Shown one piece after another: positions 62,080-64,000 of a DNA stretch of 64,000 nt. Position 1 is the first letter of the stretch, and each line of letters begins with the position of its first letter. The notes under the pieces were generated by a model. That model was not told the DNA's origin. It saw nothing but the letters and a program-made list of their open reading frames with translations, and did not search any database. Where the stretch lies: contig CAWFSE010000001.1 in NCBI GenBank assembly GCA_963818455.1, positions 176,729-240,728 on the forward strand. The letters are read 5' to 3'. A program made the position numbers and the translations under genes. The stretch is from an uncultured Actinomycetota bacterium (GTDB lineage Bacteria > Actinomycetota > Actinomycetes > CAVWCF01).

Positions 62080-63527
62080 TCAGTACGCGAAGGTCAGGGG
62101 GCGGTCGGAGTCGTCGCCGCTGTCCGGCGGTCGGCCGTCGGTGTAGGCGGCGTCCACGGCCGCGGCGTCGACGACCGGCGGGCCGGCCTTGGCGTACTTG
62201 GCGATCAGGCCGACCTCGATCACGGCCAGGCCGCCGTAGAGCAGGGTCAGCGTGATCATCGAGATCCACACCTGGGCAGACGAGACGGCCAGGCGAGACG
62301 CCGTTGGCGACCAGCAGCAGGCCGTAGACGATCCAGGGCTGGCGGCCCATCTCGGTGAAGATCCAGCCGAAGGAGTTGGCCAGCAGCGGGAAGAAGATCG
62401 CCGCGATGCCGAGGCGGGCGATCCACTTCAGCGTGCGCTCCGAGCTGGGGGTGCTGCCCTTGCGGAAGGCCCACAGCGTCCACAGCGCGTAGAGCGCCGC
62501 GAGGCCGCCGAAGCCCATCATCAGCCGGAACGACCAGTAGGTGACCGGCACGTTCGGGATGTAGTCGCCCTCGCCGAACAGCTCGACCGACTGGGCCTGC
62601 AGGTCGTTGATCCCCTCGATCTCGCCCTGGAAGTCGTTGGTGGCCAGGAAGGAGGACACGCCGGGGACCCGGATCGACCAGATCTCCTCGGAGCCGTCCA
62701 GCGAGCCGATGGTGAACAGCGAGAAGCCGACGTTGCTGTCGGTCTCCCAGACCGCCTCGGCCGCGGCCATCTTCATCGGCTGCTGCTCGGTCATCACCTG
62801 GGCCTGGAAGTCGCCCGAGATCGCCACGAGGACGCCGGCGACGAGCAGGGTGTACGCCCCGAGCCGCATCGACGGGCGCATGACCTCGGCGTGCTGGCGG
62901 CGCGCCAGGTGCCAGGCGGAGATGCCGACGAGGAAGGCGCCGCGCGGCCATGAACGCCGCGAAGATCACGTGCGGGAACGTGACGAGCGTGGTCGGGTTG
63001 GTCAGCACCGCGAGGAAGTCGTTGAGCTCGGCCCGGCCGGTGACCTCGTTGACCTCGTAGCCGACCGGGTGCTGCATCCAGGAGTTCGCGGCCAGGATGA
63101 AGTACGCCGACAGCAGGGTGCCCGATCGCGGCCAGCCAGATGCGTGGCCAGGTGGACCCGCTTGGGCAGCCGGTCCCAGCCGAAGATCCACAGGCCGAGG
63201 AACGTCGACTCCAGGAAGAACGCCAGCAGCGCCTCGATGGCCAGCGGGCGCGCCGAAGATGTCGCCGACGAAGCGGGAGTACTCGCTCCAGTTCATGCCG
63301 AACTGGAACTCCTGCACGATGCCGGTCACGACGCCCATGGCGAAGTTGATCAGGAACAGCTTGCCCCAGAACTTGGTCGCCCTGAGGTAGTGCTCCTTGC
63401 CCGTGCGCACCCAGGCGGTGTGCAGGCCGGCGACCAGGAACGACAGCCCGATCGTCAGCGGCACGAACAGGAAGTGGTAGACGGTGGTGATGCCGAACTG
63501 CCATCGGGCAAGATCGAGGGCATCCAT
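62080..63527 (-). CDS. cydA: Cytochrome bd ubiquinol oxidase subunit I. Frame-disrupted.
   Basis: [94 protein letters not shown].., Q-loop ..[40 protein letters not shown].., ..[16 protein letters not shown].., C-terminus ..[24 protein letters not shown]. Confidence 0.85.
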
Positions 63528-63617
63528 GCGGGGCTCCTAGCGGAGGGGTGCCAGCGTGTTCTCGCCAATCCTGCCGCCCTCATCTGGGGCCCCCTGACAG
63601 CAAAAGTCCGGATGAAT

Positions 63618-63633
63618 CGGGACCTTGGTCCCG
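63618..63633. promoter_or_regulatory. Perfect 16-bp palindrome in the divergent cydA / eamA promoter region. Candidate operator.
   Basis: CGGGACC-TT-GGTCCCG, about 90 nt upstream of the cydA ATG and 40 nt upstream of the eamA-like GTG. Confidence 0.3.
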
Positions 63634-63671
63634 ACGCCTCGCGGGGCCTCCAGGTCTGCCAAGGTGGCGGG

Positions 63672-64000
63672 GTGACCGACCCCCTCGCCCCCCCGGCGCC
63701 CGGCGGTCCCGCCGCCCGCGAGGGCGCCGCCAGCCCCGCGGCGGTGTGGTCGGCGCTGTCGGTCGTCTACGTCGTGTGGGGCTCGACGTACCTGGCGATC
63801 GCGTTCCTCGTCGAGACCATGCCGCCGCTGCTCAGCATGGGCGTGCGGTTCGTCTGCGCCTCGGTGCTGCTGGGCGCGATCGTGGCCCTGCGCCAGGGCC
63901 CGCGGGCGCTGGCCGTCTCCCGGGCCAACCTGGCCGCGACCCTGCTGGTGGCGACGCTGCTGCTGGCCGGCGGGCTCGGCGCGGTCACCCTGGCCGAGGA
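63672..64000 (+). CDS. EamA/DMT-superfamily transporter. 5' part only; runs off the window end.
   Basis: VTDPLAPPAPGGPAARGAAAASPAAVWSALSVVYVVWGSTYLAIAFLVETMPPLLSMGVRFVCASVLLGAIVALRQGPRALAVSRANLAATLLVATLLLAGGLGAVTLAE. Ribosome-binding site AAGGTGG before the GTG. Confidence 0.6.
   Translation, partial: MTDPLAPPAPGGPAAREGAASPAAVWSALSVVYVVWGSTYLAIAFLVETMPPLLSMGVRFVCASVLLGAIVALRQGPRALAVSRANLAATLLVATLLLAGGLGAVTLAE

Overview
This is a very high-GC actinobacterial chromosomal segment. The gene content (mycothiol-type MDMPI enzyme, dnaK-grpE-dnaJ-hspR, DevR/DevS-like system, cydABDC) resembles the Mycobacterium/Corynebacteriales-Propionibacteriales core; a Nocardioides-like organism is a guess only. 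I recognise about 58 protein genes and one tRNA-Gly(CCC).

Main blocks, in window order:
- Purine operon on the minus strand: purD-purB-purC-[galE-like]-purS-purQ-purL.
- Class-III aminotransferase, purA, fbaA, a TrmH-family methyltransferase, dedA and pyrE.
- A secreted tandem-repeat protein.
- A four-gene translationally coupled ECF sigma / ZAS anti-sigma / ABC transporter module.
- Epimerase and SDR genes, a class-I aminotransferase and a threonine-aldolase-like gene.
- Heat-shock cluster dnaK-grpE-dnaJ-hspR, with clpB immediately downstream and a HAIR operator upstream of dnaK.
- A large Fe-S (CCG-type) oxidoreductase, an MFS transporter, a ferredoxin, dcd and a FUSC-like membrane protein.
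- tRNA-Gly followed by a duplicated copy of its 3' end, a lipase-like hydrolase and a stand-alone cNMP-binding protein.
- A FadE5-like acyl-CoA dehydrogenase, a redoxin-NHL fusion, a rhodanese lipoprotein and a nitrilase-family hydrolase.
- A roughly 800-aa secreted protein built from CarboxypepD_reg-like repeats, an acyl-CoA synthetase and an MDMPI-family enzyme.
- The BCKDH E1alpha/E1beta/E2 operon, a GT-C glycosyltransferase, a DUF732 lipoprotein, a thioesterase and a DevR-like regulator.
- cydA-cydB-cydD-cydC with a GAF sensor kinase coupled to its 3' end, and the start of an EamA transporter.

Caveat: most long genes change reading frame one or more times, including essential ones (purL, purA, dnaK, clpB, fbaA). 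This is most simply explained by uncorrected single-base indels in the assembly, not genuine gene decay. All coordinates of frame-disrupted genes are therefore approximate.

The supplied ORF track counts GTG/TTG as M, and it contains many long spurious ORFs (up to 1398 aa) that are stop-poor antisense or off-frame artefacts of the GC content.

No CRISPR array, transposase, integrase or restriction-modification genes were seen.
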